DNA of 64,000 nucleotides from Octopus sinensis (taxonomy: Eukaryota), in NCBI RefSeq assembly GCF_006345805.1, contig NC_043010.1:67952001-68016000 (forward strand), given 5' to 3'. Below the pieces are notes generated by a model. That model was not told where the DNA came from. It did not search any database and was given only the letters and a program-made list of their open reading frames with translations. A program made the position numbers and the translations under genes. Positions 37,488-50,009 of this stretch are shown here, piece by piece. Numbering within the stretch: position 1 is the stretch's first letter; each line of letters begins with the position of its first letter.

Positions 37488-38355
37488 AATTGTTTAGCTT
37501 GTGCTAAAGTTTGAAACCAATATTCATATATGGCGTCTCGTTTGTCTGAGTTCAAATCTGGATGAAGTCAACTTCGCCTTTCATCCTTCCAAGGTCAATA
37601 AAATGAAGCAACATTTCTCAAACCTTTTTATTCTAGAGTGACCCTTGACACACATGCTGTATCAGAAGGATCCTTACATCAGAATTATTATAAATATCTT
37701 AACTAATCTTCTAACTTTCTCTTTGACAAAGTGAAATTTCATTCATGATAAAACGCATCATAAATACCATCTTTGAAAGGTTTGGCAGCGCTAAATCTGT
37801 CAGACATCACAAAAGTTGAACCCTTTCAATGCAGAAATTAGATATGTCCATTCAAAATTCCATTACCCTTAACTGCAGAAAGCAGTTTTATATGCCAATC
37901 TATCTTTTTTTTTTTCTTTGAGGAATGTCATGTTCAAAACCATTTCGTATTGAGATATGTCAAGTTTTGAGACATGACTTGCAGAAAATACCAATCCTAT
38001 TTTCTGGCAGATATTTAACATCATTCTTGGAATTACCATGAAATTCAATTTTTTTTAGTGGAACGGTTAAGAAATATCCTCTTAACTATAACCTTTAGAT
38101 TAAATTCTTTACAGTTCTTTACTAAGAGGCCAGTGTTTCCTGTAGTGTCACCCTTTTATAGAGATGTTGGGCTGGGTTATTTGACTTTGTGGTACCTATT
38201 TACGGCTAGGTGGATTGAATTATTTTCTTTCTGGTGTGTCTTTACATCTAGGTGAACAAAATTGTTTCATCCTTTGGTACCTATTTGCTGCTAAATGGAA
38301 TTGGTTTTTGTTACTTAGCTTGAAGACACACGTGGTTAATCAAGCTTATGATTAA

Positions 38356-38576
38356 CCCTTTTGTTACCGTATTTATTTTGAGATGCTCTGTGTTTGTTTC
38401 AATTACTTTAAATATAACAATGAATTTAGTAAAATAACTTAGTTATCATTAAGCTAGTGTTAGGAACATAAATTGAGACTAAGGTTTGGTGGAAGATTTT
38501 AATTCAAAACTTACGAAAGCAAGACATTTGTACTACAAAGCCAGAGGCGGTTTCAGCTAGGCTGGTAATGAAAGGG
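38356..38576 (+). mobile_element. piggyBac-type MITE family 1
   Basis: TTAA flanks; same body as the other copies. Confidence 0.85.
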
Positions 38577-39708
38577 TTAAATGAGTTCCAACTATGACGC
38601 TGATTCTTGGCATATTTGACTGCTATTTCTAGCAGACTTAGTTACTGCATGGTGGCTCCCTCAATGACTTATCCAATTCTTTTACTTGTTTCCGTCATTT
38701 GACTGCAGCCATGCTGGAGCAGTACCTTGAAGTGTTTTAATTAAACAAATTGACCCCAGGACTTATTTTTTTTACCAAACCACTAAGTAAATACATCAAC
38801 ACTGGTTGTCAGTCAGTGATCACACACACACACACACACACACACACAACATTTATACACACACTTACATACACAGTTTCTGTCAATCAAATTCACTCAC
38901 AAGACTTTGGTCGGCCTGAGGCTCTAGTAGAAGACACTTACCCATGGTGCCATGCAGTGGGACTGAACCCAGAACCATGTGGTTAGGAAGCAAGCTTCTT
39001 AGCACATGGCTACGCCTGCACCTATGTTAACCTTTTTGATACCAACTCACCAGAGATTGCCCATGTTTCTATGATAAAATTTTACCATTTCAAAATGATC
39101 TAAATTGAAATTTTCTTTCAAAATTTCATGTTAATTCCTTCCAAACTCCAGCTTAATAACGATAAATTATTTTAATTAATTCTTCATTATTTTCAAAATT
39201 AATTGAAACAAAAGCAGCATATTTTAATAGAAATATGGTAATGAAAAGGAAGGGTTAAGTTACCTTGAGTAGGAATTGAAACCTGGCTTTGTGGATTTGG
39301 TGTGTTGAACAAGCTAAAATTTAAAAATCCATTGCAAAGCCTAACAAAAGAAAATCTTTGACCTTTTGTTGAATGGGTTGATGCCAAGTTTTCACTTGCA
39401 TGTGGTTTAGAGAAGAAAAAAAAATTAAAAAAATAAAAACCCAACAACAATAAGCACAAAAACAAATATCTCTACAATAAATTTGATGGTATTCCTGGTT
39501 CTGTTTTTTCAACAGTGGAACCTGAAAGGTCAGGGAATCTGACCCCTGTTTGCCAAACCAGCTTTGTTCCTCCTAGAGACACATTCCTATCAAATTAGTT
39601 TTTGGTGACATTCTTGATGTCTGTGTTAGTATTTGTTTTTGTTTAAAATTTTTTTATTTTTATTTTTTACAATTTTTATATATTTAATTTATAATTTTCC
39701 CTGTTTAG

Positions 39709-39724
39709 CTGGCAGTTACTAAAG
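39709..39724 (+). CDS. Candidate 16-nt microexon (LAVTK+G)
   Basis: ~80-nt U-rich tract ending ccctgtttag|; strong donor aaag|gtaagg; phase 0 in, phase 1 out, matching 57340. Confidence 0.45.
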
Positions 39725-39973
39725 GTAAGGTAGGCAGAATGTGGCCCAATGGTTAAGATATTTGCTTTGCAACCACAAGGTTCTGAGTTCAATTCTACTA
39801 TGTTTTTTAGACTGGCCATTGATGGGCTACTGCCCTGAAGAATTTTTAGTTGATTGAATTGACCCCAGTAATTAGTTTTTAAACCTAGTAGTTATTTTAT
39901 CAATCTCTTTTCCTGAACTGCTTAGTTACAGGGACGTAAACACACCTACATATATATATGTATGTATACATAT

Positions 39974-40018
<45 letters not shown>

Positions 40019-40021
<3 letters not shown>

Positions 40022-40415
40022 CGCAGGAGTGGCTGTGTGGTAAGTAGCTTGTTTACCAACTACATTGTTCCGGGTTCAGTCCTACTGCGTGACACCTTGG
40101 GCAAGTGTCTTCTACTATAGCCTCAGGCCGACCAAAGCCTTGTGAGTGGATTTGGTAGACGGAAACTGAAAGAAGCCCGTCGTATATATGTATATATATG
40201 TATGTGTATGTTTGTGTGTCTGTGTTTGTCCCCCTAGCATTGCTTGACAACCGATGCTGGTGTGTTTATGTCCCCGTCACTTAGCGGTTCGGCAAAAGAG
40301 ACCGATAGAATAAGTACTGGGCTTACAAAGAATAAGTCCTGAGGTCGAGTTGCTCAATTAAAGGCGGTGCTCCAGCATGGCCGCAGTCAAAATGAGACTG
40401 AAACAAGTAAAAAGA
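40019..40415 (+). mobile_element. SINE family A, full length
   Basis: Best-preserved copy; used as the family reference. Confidence 0.9.
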
Positions 40416-41158
40416 AAGAAAGAAAAGATATGTATGTATGTGTGTATATCTTTGTGTTCCCCCCACTGCCACCATCACTTGACAACCAATGTTGGTGTGT
40501 TTACGCCTTTGTAACTTAGTGATTCAACAAAAGAGACCAATAGGATAAGTACTAGGCTTACAAAGAATAAGTCCTGGGGTTGATTTTTTTCTAAAAAAAA
40601 AGAACCTTTCAAGGTGGTGCTCCAGCATGGCTGCAGTCAAATGACTGAGAGAAGTAGAATAAAAGTGTGTGTGTGTGTGTATATATATATATATCATTGT
40701 ATTGCATGTAGGACTACTGATTAAAGAGTCATGGAGGTCATGTCCATGCTGCTTATCACTCAGCTGATGACTATTGCCAGCTGTGTATTACGTTCATTTT
40801 TGTAAGCTGAACCCACTTAGCTGTAAACAGACACTCAGGATAGCAGTTACATGGAGATCACTGTAAAATGTTTTGTCAGCTTAGAGTGGGAATCAGCTCT
40901 AGTTTTCAATCTCAGGGTTGTGATCAGAGAGAATATTTCGTCTGTCTTGTAAAGTGGAAAGCAGTAACAGTTTAAGTTCTTGGACTGGTACCAGAATCCT
41001 TGTTTAGTTTTGCAGTTTAAACTTGAATTGTGGCTAAAGTTGTTGGTTAGTTGTTGGAGTGGGAATCCATTTTAGTTTCAGGTTGGGGGGCCCCAAAGTC
41101 CTTGCTTTTATTTTTCCTGCAGGTGTTGGGTTTGGAAAGGTTCAAGGGCATTGTTAAC

Positions 41159-41745
41159 CCATTAGCATTCATAGAAGAAGTTTCCGGCTCCTCCCTCCTG
41201 TACCTCTACAATGGCGCTTAAGATGGTTCGGTCATGCAGCCCGGTGTCCAGAGGGTGAGCTGATTCGCAATGTCCTCCTCCCACCTCCACTTCCCAGCTG
41301 GCGCAAATGCACGGGCGGGCAGCTGAAGACCTGGGCAACGACGATAAAGGAGGTCCTCTCCGAACTCTCAGGTCCGCAGGTGGTCGGTCTGCGCAGATGG
41401 GACCACGAATGGCTCACTATCTCCAGTGACCTTGCACAGGACCGTTGAGCGTGGGCCGCCATGGTTCGTGATGCCGTCAGGACCATAGAAGAAGCTGGCT
41501 CAACCCGTCCTGGGTGAAGGCCGTCACAAGTACAAGTAAGATTAGCATTCAGATTACTCTGTTACATGCTTGTTTATTATTTGAAATAATCATGTATTAT
41601 CTCATAGCTTTGAGATTTTGGTGATGTGATTGTTTATTTTTGATATATTATTGTAGAGTAGGTGTGAGAGGCCATGTCTGGATGGTTTGAGCATAAAACA
41701 AGTAGAATATTTTGACTGGATATGGCCGGATTAAATGCTAAAAGC
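41159..41745 (+). mobile_element. piggyBac-type MITE family 2 interrupted by an RTE insertion
   Basis: ttaa|cccattagcattca start; body 41541-41745 matches 45723-45942. Confidence 0.75.
41172..41540 (+). mobile_element. 5'-truncated RTE-clade LINE (3' end)
   Basis: Translates WRLRWFGHAAR...GGQLKTWATTIKE...DLAQDR*AW; (CAAGTA)-type tail; 11-bp TSD attagcattca at 41161-41171 and 41541-41551. Confidence 0.9.
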
Positions 41746-42554
41746 TAATCTCATCACTAGTTGATCTTGGTGATTCTGCAGAAAACCACTGGCACTGCCC
41801 TCTTGTGGCAGTAGGAAGTTATTGCAGTTAACTCTAGAGCTTGAGTCATAATCTTTGCTCAGTCTTGCAGGGTCCAGTTTCATGTCAGTTGAATTTCCTG
41901 TCTCGGACACAAGCCAGGGTCCTTGATCTGTCCTGGCTTCTTGTTAATCTCTGTAGGATCAGAGTTCTGATTCTAATTCTGATTGATGTGACGACACTCT
42001 GTCCCCCACCCACCTATATTAATCTCACCTCGCATACACAAACAAGCTTTCAGCAAGCACCAGGTGGATATCTTATCACTATTGATGGATTCCACAAATT
42101 ACATTACCATTTTTACAGCTGAGACATTGAGCAGTTCTAAGTGCCAGGCATTTTCACTGTAACAGAATGGTATCTCAATTTTCTTATTTTCCTTGTTACA
42201 AGTACTAATATAGCCTGATCTTTGAGTGTTTGGTTGGTTGTCTTTGATGCCACAGTTCAACTTGGCTAACCTTATTTTTGTTTCCAACAGGTTGGTTGGT
42301 TGCTTTGTGAGTTTGGTGCATCGTTTTTTTTTTTTTAAATAACTTCTGTGAATGTTGATGGCTGGTGGAATGGAATTCTAAGATTTCCCGTTTTGTTGAG
42401 CTTGATTGATATTGCATACCATCAAATAACACACACACACACACACATAAAGGTAGGAGTACAGAGATAGTTGTGGTGTTGGTGGTGAGAGTAGTGGTGT
42501 CAGAAATAGTAACCCGCTAAATGAAGTGCTTTCCTGTCTCTTTACCCCCCTCTT

Positions 42555-42650
42555 CTCACACTTTCTCTCTCCCTATCTCTCACACTTTCTCTCTCCCTAT
42601 CTCTCACACTTTCTCTCTCCCTATCTCTCACACTTTCTCTCTCACTCTCA
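42555..42650. repeat. 22-bp tandem repeat ctcacactttctctctccctat
   Basis: About four visible copies. Confidence 0.9.
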
Positions 42651-43034
42651 CTTTCTCCCCCCCCCCCCGTCTCTCAGATGTGTGTGCATGCTTGCTGAGT
42701 TCAGATTGCATCAAGGTCAGCTTCACCTTTATTTTGCCAAGAAATGACCCCCAGCCTATAACTGTTACTTAAAGTGACATAATTAGAAGTGGAAAGATAT
42801 GCCTTGCAAAATGGTCGAAACCCTTTGCCAGAGCAAAATGGGGCTACCTTTGACTATTTTATATAGAAAGAATTGTCAAATAAAATACATTATTCCAGTT
42901 GCTGAGTTAATTTTCCAGTTGTGTGTGTGTGTGTTTTTTTCTTTTAGTCTTTGGTTAACTCTGAGCAAGCAGGTCTGTGATCAAGGGCACTCCAGCTTTT
43001 GACTATCCCATCATTTTTTTTTTGTGTAGATTCT

Positions 43035-43368
43035 GAGACCCCCTTCGGTCACAACACAGACCATGGGATTGCACCTAGGAAGTTACCCTCCCAGGCACAA
43101 GTCCCGGCAAGGTTGTTTATGGAAGACCAGTAGTCGCCCATGCATACCAGCCTCCCCTCTCCACGCCACCAGTGTTATCCAAGGGAAAGACAAAGGCCAA
43201 TACAGCTTGGCACCTGTGACATCGCAACTCATTTCTACAGCTGAGTGAACTGGAGCAACATGAAATAAAGTGTCTTGCTCAAGAACACAACAAGCAGCCC
43301 GGTCCTGGATTTGAGCTCACAACCTCACAATTGTAAGCTCGACGCTCTAACCACTGAGCCATGCACCT
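43035..43368 (-). mobile_element. tRNA-derived CORE-like SINE family D
   Basis: Minus strand head tggctcagtggttagagcg...ctcaaatcc, then gtgttcttgagcaagacact; second copy at 47491-47740. Confidence 0.85.
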
Positions 43369-44500
43369 TCTTTGTGTAGATAAGATGACATTATCAAATG
43401 GAATGGTTCTTAACCTGTATGCTAACATTCTCATTGGAGGTGGGGAGCATTGTTAGCTAGTAAGTGGGAGCTAGAGAGGGATAAAGTGTTTAGATAAGGG
43501 GTGGGGTAGGTCATAGTTTTTCATAGAAATTAGATATTTAGACCAGGTACAGAACTTGAAATTTAAAATCATTATTACCTGTGAGTACATGACTGAGGGT
43601 CAGCCAAGGTGTTATGTTATTTCATTATATAAATCTCAGGTGTAACTGTGCTGAAGTTTGCTTCCCAACTCACAGCGTGGCACCTTGGGCAAGTGTCTTC
43701 TACTATAGCTTCAAGCCAACCAAAACCTTGTGAGTGGATTTACTAGATGGAAACTGAAAGAAGTCCATCGTGTGTGTGCATGTGAGTATGAGAGAGTGTA
43801 CGAGTGTGTGTGTTACTGTCTCCTTACCTTGACTTCATGTGATTGTTGAGATAGTATGAATGTCACCATCATGCAAGCACTGTCCTTCATTTCCAAAAGT
43901 ATGTCTGGCCATAGGGAAATAATACCCTGCTTCGAAACAGGCAAGGGTTAGTAACAGGAAAGGCATCCAGCTGTAGAAAATTTTGCCTCAGCAAATTCCC
44001 CATCCAACTCGTGCAATCAAGGAAAAATGGGTGTTAAACAATGTGGACACAAGTACATACATGTATATATACATACAAGCATGCGTATGTACTGATATGC
44101 ATATATGGACGAAGGGAAATACCTCAAGGGATGGGTGTTCTGCACGTTGTTTGTAGGTATCAAATGCTCCCAGTGGGTAGATTTTTCTGATAATTGTTTG
44201 GATTAATCTTAGTTAATGGAATTTTTCAACTCAGTATCTAATTTACACACATGCATACGCGTCTTCAAGTATAAACACCCTGTGTGTATATATGTGTATG
44301 TGTGTACACAAGCTTACTCCTACGTATGTACTTTAATTATAGTGTCCCTTACCAGCCCATGAAGTGGGGTCAAGTTACTAAATATAACTGAACAAATAGT
44401 CTTATAGTCTTTCCTGCCACCCCCATCTTCCTTGCCAACCCACATCCAGTCTTTGCTCTGCTACCAAGTTTCGTGACATGTCGGATGCTACAGAACTTAC

Positions 44501-44868
44501 CGTTGTGTTGTCATTGAAGGCTTGGTTTCCTGGATCAAAGACCTGCTGGTCTCCTATTATCATGGTGTTACCGGTGCTGGTGTGGTAGTGTCAACAACTG
44601 CTGGAAAGTATGTGGGTGTTTGAGAATGTGGGGGTTGGTGGGGTGTGGGGTGATGTATGGTTGTACATGTCGAGAGCTGTGATACGAGATGATAGAGAGC
44701 TGGTCCCGGTCTAATTCCACCACCTTCCACCTTGGACGCCTTTTGCAGAGTCCACTATGTTTGCAAGCATTTGGGTCTTGCCACCAGTTTGAGGATATCA
44801 TCTCTCACTTTCCCTGCCTCCCTTGAGTATTGGAGGCTCTACCAAAAGGTCATAGGCTCTGTTGTTTC
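44501..44868 (-). other. Candidate antisense exon, probably non-coding
   Basis: Minus strand poly-T tract ending caatcag| and perfect donor acg|gtaagt around 368 nt of non-repetitive sequence; all three frames contain stops. Confidence 0.35.
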
Positions 44869-45345
44869 CTGATTGAAAGATTTTAAAAAAAAAAGGACTT
44901 TGTGACACCAGTATCTGCCACGACTGAGATTTTACTTGGCTTGATGGGTTTTCTTCATACATACATATTTATATGTATGTATAAGAAGAAAAAAGGGATT
45001 ACAGAAATCCAGGCAGATATCAATAAAGCACCAGTTTTAAACGAATTTGGTTTGCTATATCAAACAATCACTCCAAGTAGAATCACATCGAAGGTAATTC
45101 CTCATGTATGACCAGTAGATTCAAATATTATTTAGAAGAATTTCGAGAAACTCAGAGTATTAGACAAGAAAAATCCGTAGTTTTGTTTTGTGTATGTCTC
45201 TTCTTGACTTGACATCATGTGATGGTTCTGAATGAGCATAATTTTTTACCAATCTTCTGTGTATAAAAATAAGTCTGGTGAGGGGAAAATAAAATAACAT
45301 ACCTTATTTGGAAAAAGGTGAGGTTGGCAACAGGAATGGCATCAG

Positions 45346-45640
45346 TGTGGAGGCACATGGCCTAGTGGTTAGAGCAGCGAACTCGCGGTTGAGGGATCGT
45401 GGGTTCAAATCTCAGACCGGGCAATGTGTGTGTTTATGAGCGAAACACCTAAGCTCCACGCAGAAGGTAATGGCGAACTTCTGCTGACTCTTTCGCCACA
45501 ACTTTCTCTCACTCTTTCCTCCTGCATCTTGCAGCTCACCTGCGACGGACCGGCGTCCCGTCCAGTTGGGGAACCTTTTCGCCAAGGAAACCGGGAAACT
45601 GGCCCTTATGAGCCAGGCATGGCTTGAGAAGGAACAAACA
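45346..45640 (+). mobile_element. tRNA-derived SINE family E with V-domain-like core
   Basis: A box tggcctagtgg, B box ggttcaaatc, core cctgcgacggaccggcgtcccgtccag; related copy at 54603-54872 on the minus strand. Confidence 0.75.
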
Positions 45641-45722
45641 GGAATGGCATCATGCTATTGAAAAGTCTGCCTCAACAAATTATGTCTGACCCATGCATGC
45701 ATAGAAAAAAAAGGGACATTAA

Positions 45723-45942
45723 CCCTTTTAACATTCAGATTATTCTGTCAAATGAAATGCTTATTTTTTTTACATTGCTTGGAATTAATCATGCATTATC
45801 TTGTATGTTTGAGATTTCGATAATGACTGTTTGTTTTCCGAATGACATTGTAGGGTAGGTGTGAGAGACAGGATCTGGCCAGTTTGAACCTAAAACAGAT
45901 AGAATATTTTGGCCGGATATGACTGATTTAAATGCTAAAGGG
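45723..45942 (+). mobile_element. piggyBac-type MITE family 2
   Basis: TTAA at 45719-45722 and 45943-45946; termini cccttttaacatt / aatgctaaaggg. Confidence 0.85.
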
Positions 45943-46784
45943 TTAAAATGATGTGTATGTGTAGGATCCCAGTAGAGATATTGGGCAAAACAGGACTAAT
46001 TTGAGGACCTCATGGATAAAGTGGCCACGAGTTTTATTTGAAAAGGGATGAACTTCTTTGAATATTCATTAAGGTCCCTTCAAGGCTGTCTATAGTACTG
46101 GCTGAACCCTGCTATATAGGCCATGTTTGGAGTGTGTATGTGTTCGGGTACTGTATGAGTGTGATGTGTAGTGACTGATTCAGTAGTGTGTCTGGGTGTA
46201 AATTGACAGTATTTTATACATTTTTGTTGCTGAAATTGTATGTGAATTTCTGTTTTATTTTCGTTTCAGCCAATAAAATTCTTGAGATTTTCCTACATCC
46301 TTTGTGTATATGTAAATGAATGTTTTTGAACGTGAGTGTGAATGTAAGTGAATGTAAATGAGTGTGAGTGTAAGTGAATGTAAATGAGTGTGTGTGTATC
46401 GAAGACAGGAGAAGTATGCAGTGTTATATGTATGGAAGATACTGGAGGGGTTGGCACCAAACTTTGGGATTGAATTATACCAGACCTTGAATTGGACTTA
46501 TATAGTGTGTGTTTGGAAATGCTTAGTGGTATTTTGTATGTCTTTACATTCTGAGTTCAAATTCCGCCAAGGTCGACTTTGCCTTTCATCCTTTCAGGGT
46601 TGATATATCAAGCACCAGTTGTATACTGGGGTCGATCTAATTGACTGGCCTCCTCCCCCCAAATTTCGGGCCTTTTGCCTAGAGTAGAAAAGAATGATGT
46701 GTGGCCTAGTGGTTAGGGTGTTGCACTCAGGATTGGCGGTGCATTGTGTTCTTGAGTAAAAGTCTTCATTTTGCATTGCTTCTT

Positions 46785-47017
46785 ATTTCTTTATTGCCCA
46801 CAAGGGGCTAAACATAGAGGGGACAAACAAGGACAGACAAAAGGATTAAGTCGATTACATTGACCCCAGTGCGTAATTGGTACTTATTTAATCGACCCTG
46901 AAAGGATGAAAGGTAAAGTTGACCTCGGCGGAATTTGAACTCAGAACATAACGGCAGATGAAATACTGCTAAGCATGTCGCCCGGCGTGCTAACATTTCT
47001 GCCAACTCGCCGCCTTA
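46785..47017 (-). mobile_element. SINE family B, full length
   Basis: Reverse complement of 17519-17758. Confidence 0.9.
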
Positions 47018-47107
47018 TTTTGCACTGTTTCTGTCTGCTCAGCGTCAAAGGGCTAACCCTGCTACAGACTGATGTTCCGTCCATGGGGAACGTTGGCCTG
47101 CACTTCC

Positions 47108-47187
47108 AATAGTCTGGTCGATACAGTGATATATATGTGTATATATATACTGTATATAAATAAAATCACTGTATTGACCAGTCTGTT
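47108..47187 (+). ncRNA. Candidate pre-miRNA-like hairpin
   Basis: 23-bp stem (47108-47130 with 47165-47187) with one U-U mismatch and two G-U pairs; 34-nt AT-rich loop; non-repetitive context. Confidence 0.4.
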
Positions 47188-47490
47188 AGATGTTGCTATA
47201 TTTATTTTCCTAATTACTATTTTGTGTCTGTGTTGTGAATTACTAGCTGACTCGTCACTAATCTAAATCTATATTTACTAATCCAGATTTACAGAATTCT
47301 TCCTCTTCCCACTCTTGTCTGTATCCGCATCAGACATCAAATGTTCAAGTGTGTTGCTGGATTGTACTAATGATGTTGCTGCTGCTGATGATGATTGTGT
47401 ATAGTGGTTCAGTGTGTTCTAAGTGAATCAATATGCGCGTGTGTATGTATGTATCTGTCTGTCTGTGTCTATATATATATAAAAGGTAAA

Positions 47491-47740
47491 GACCCCCTTC
47501 GGTCATGAATGACCATGGGATTGCACCTAGAAAGTTACCCTTCTAGACACAAGTCCGGGCAAGGTTGTTTATGGAAGACCAGCAGTCGCCCATGCATACC
47601 AGCCTCCCCTCTCCACGCCACCAGTGTTATCCAAGGGAAAGACAAAGGTCGATACAGCTTGGCACCAGTGACGTCGCAACTCATTTCTACAGCTGAGTGA
47701 ACTGGAGCAACGTGAAATAAAGTGCCTTGCTCAAGAACAA
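47491..47740 (-). mobile_element. SINE family D, truncated
   Basis: Matches 43035-43290. Confidence 0.85.
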
Positions 47741-48187
47741 CATATATCTTGTCCATCATCTTGTTTGAGTCATAAGGGTGTGGCCATGCTGGGGCACTGC
47801 CTTGAGGGGTTTAGTTGATTCCACTATTTATTTTGTGCTTTGCTTGATAGTGACTTGGATAAAAGAAGCCAACAAAATAACTAAGTTACTGGGATGTAAA
47901 CAAACCAACACCTGTTGTGAAGTTGTAGTGCAGCACAAATGCAAACACACATACACACACACACACATATACAGTATGCTTCCACACAGTTTCCATCTAC
48001 TAAATTCACTCAGGGCATTGGTTAGCCAGGGACCATAGTAGAAGCAATAGTTGATTTAATCAACTAACCTCATTTTCCAAGACTTTTGGCCTTGTTCTGT
48101 ATTAGAAACAATATTGGATGAAGAACCAACTCTGACTTGATTTGAACCCTGAATGTGGAGTGAAATGTACTGCAGTATGACGATAGG

Positions 48188-48962
48188 CTTAGGCATGGTT
48201 GTCTGGTAAGAAGTTTGCTTCCCAACCACATGGTCCCAGGTTCAGTTTCATTGCATGACATCTTAGGCAAGTGTTCTCTACCATAGCCATGGGCCAATCC
48301 AATCCTTGTGGCCTTTACCAGGGATGTAGCCAGCCCACTTATGCATACCTTTCCTTCTTTGGACACAAAACTCTGCTTGCGAAGACCTGTTGAGGCAAGA
48401 GAAATCGAAATTGAATTCAAAATCGAGCCAAATTTGACGACTGGCACCCATGCCAACCTCCTTTCATTGGACACTAAACTCTGCTTGTGAAGACTGGTTG
48501 GGGCAAGTGAAATTGAAATCGAAATTGAACCAAATTTGATGACTGGCACCCGTGCCAGTGGAGCGCTAACAGCTCCATCTGAGCAGGATCACTGCTAGAA
48601 CAGCTGTCTGGCTTCTGTGCCAGTGGCACGTAAAAAGCACCATTTGAGCGTTGATTGTTACCAGCGTCGCCTTACTGGCACGTGAACAAAACATTCGAGC
48701 GAGGTCGTTGCCAGTGCCGCTGGACTGACTCCTGTGCAGGTGGCACGTAAAAAACACCATTTGAGCATGGCCGTTGCCAGTACCACCAAACTGGCCCTCG
48801 TGCCGGTGGTATGTAAAAGCACCCACTACACTCTCAGAGTGTAGAAACTCTGCCAGATCAGATTGAAGCCTAGTGCAGCCATCTGGTTCGCCAGTCCTCA
48901 GTCAAATCGTCCAACCCATGCTAGCATGGGAGGCGGACGTTAAATGATAATGATGATGATGA
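48188..48962 (+). mobile_element. Long composite SINE: family A head joined to family C body and tail
   Basis: A-type head 48188-48300, duplicated ~110-bp module, ggcacgtaaaaa units, (GAT)n tail. Confidence 0.7.
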
Positions 48963-49348
48963 TTGAAAATCGTCTCTGCGCTACAATATGCTACAACTCA
49001 CTGTGTGCTGCTCTGTGCTAGGCTAGGCTATGCTATGCTATTTGCTAGAGTAATCGATTCAGTATGGGTTATGAATAAATATGTATTTGGAGCCATATGG
49101 ATATGTATTTAGTTGTTGTGAAATTAAGGGAGAGAAAAACGATCCTTGAATACTCCTGAAATGAAACTAATCTGTTTGATTTATGTTTCAAAGCTGTGCT
49201 GTGCTATGCTATGCTTTACCTGCATTTCATATGCTATTAGGCGGAGCTTCTACATGCTTGCTCCGCCTGCTAGAAATGGCAGCCAGTTTCTTTCAAATCA
49301 CATCTTTAGGAAGCAAAAGACATACCAGACAATGTCATCCTACATATC

Positions 49349-49574
49349 TATTTCTCTACTACCCACAAGGAGCTAAACACAGAGAGGACAAATAAGGACA
49401 GACAAATGGATTAAGTCGATTATATTGACCCCAGTGCGTAACTGGTACTTAATTTATCGACCCCGAAAAGATGAAAGGCACAGTCGACCTCAGCGGAATT
49501 TGAACTCAGAACGCGGCAGATGAAATACCGCCAATTATTTCGCCCAGTGCGCTAATGCTTCCGGCAGCTTGCCG
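49349..49574 (-). mobile_element. SINE family B with TSD
   Basis: Direct repeat cctacatatc at 49339-49348 and 49575-49584. Confidence 0.9.
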
Positions 49575-49749
49575 CCTACATATCCTTAACTCTTTGCCTG
49601 TCCAAAGCATTTTCATGAGTCTGTCCTAAATGTCCATGCTTGTTTTCAAACTTTTAGTTAGCCCTTCTTTCATGCACTCTGTGTAATATAAATCTTTCAT
49701 TTCATAAATCCCAAGTTAGGTTAGTTGTTGGAAAAAGGAAACTGGGATT

Positions 49750-49985
49750 GTATATCATATATGATGCATGGACACCAGGGAAAATATGTCCTGCATATCA
49801 CATGATGCACAAGATAAGCAAAATCAGGACCAACCATCATATATGATCTATGAATGCCAAGGAAATATACCCTGTGTACTACATGATATACAGGACGGGC
49901 AAAATTGCATATGAGTATCATATATGATGCAGGGACAGGAAGGAAACCTGCTTTATGTACCACCTCATATACAGGACAGGAAAAG
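49750..49985. repeat. Degenerate ~41-bp array with ATCATATATGAT palindrome in alternate units
   Basis: Perfect palindrome at 49754, 49836 and 49917; variants in between. Confidence 0.7.
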
Positions 49986-50009
49986 GGTTGAAAAAAAAAA
50001 GATTGTCAT

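Noticed and set aside
41124-41222. Strong acceptor cctgcag| at 41123
   Set aside because: It reads into MITE and RTE sequence and hits stops in all frames; no donor.
45346-45420. tRNA gene (also other A/B-box heads)
   Set aside because: Each continues into a SINE body; no complete cloverleaf verified.
47295-47375. EF-hand-like DADTDKSGK on the minus strand
   Set aside because: The loop lacks the hydrophobic position 8 and Glu 12; the frame closes quickly.
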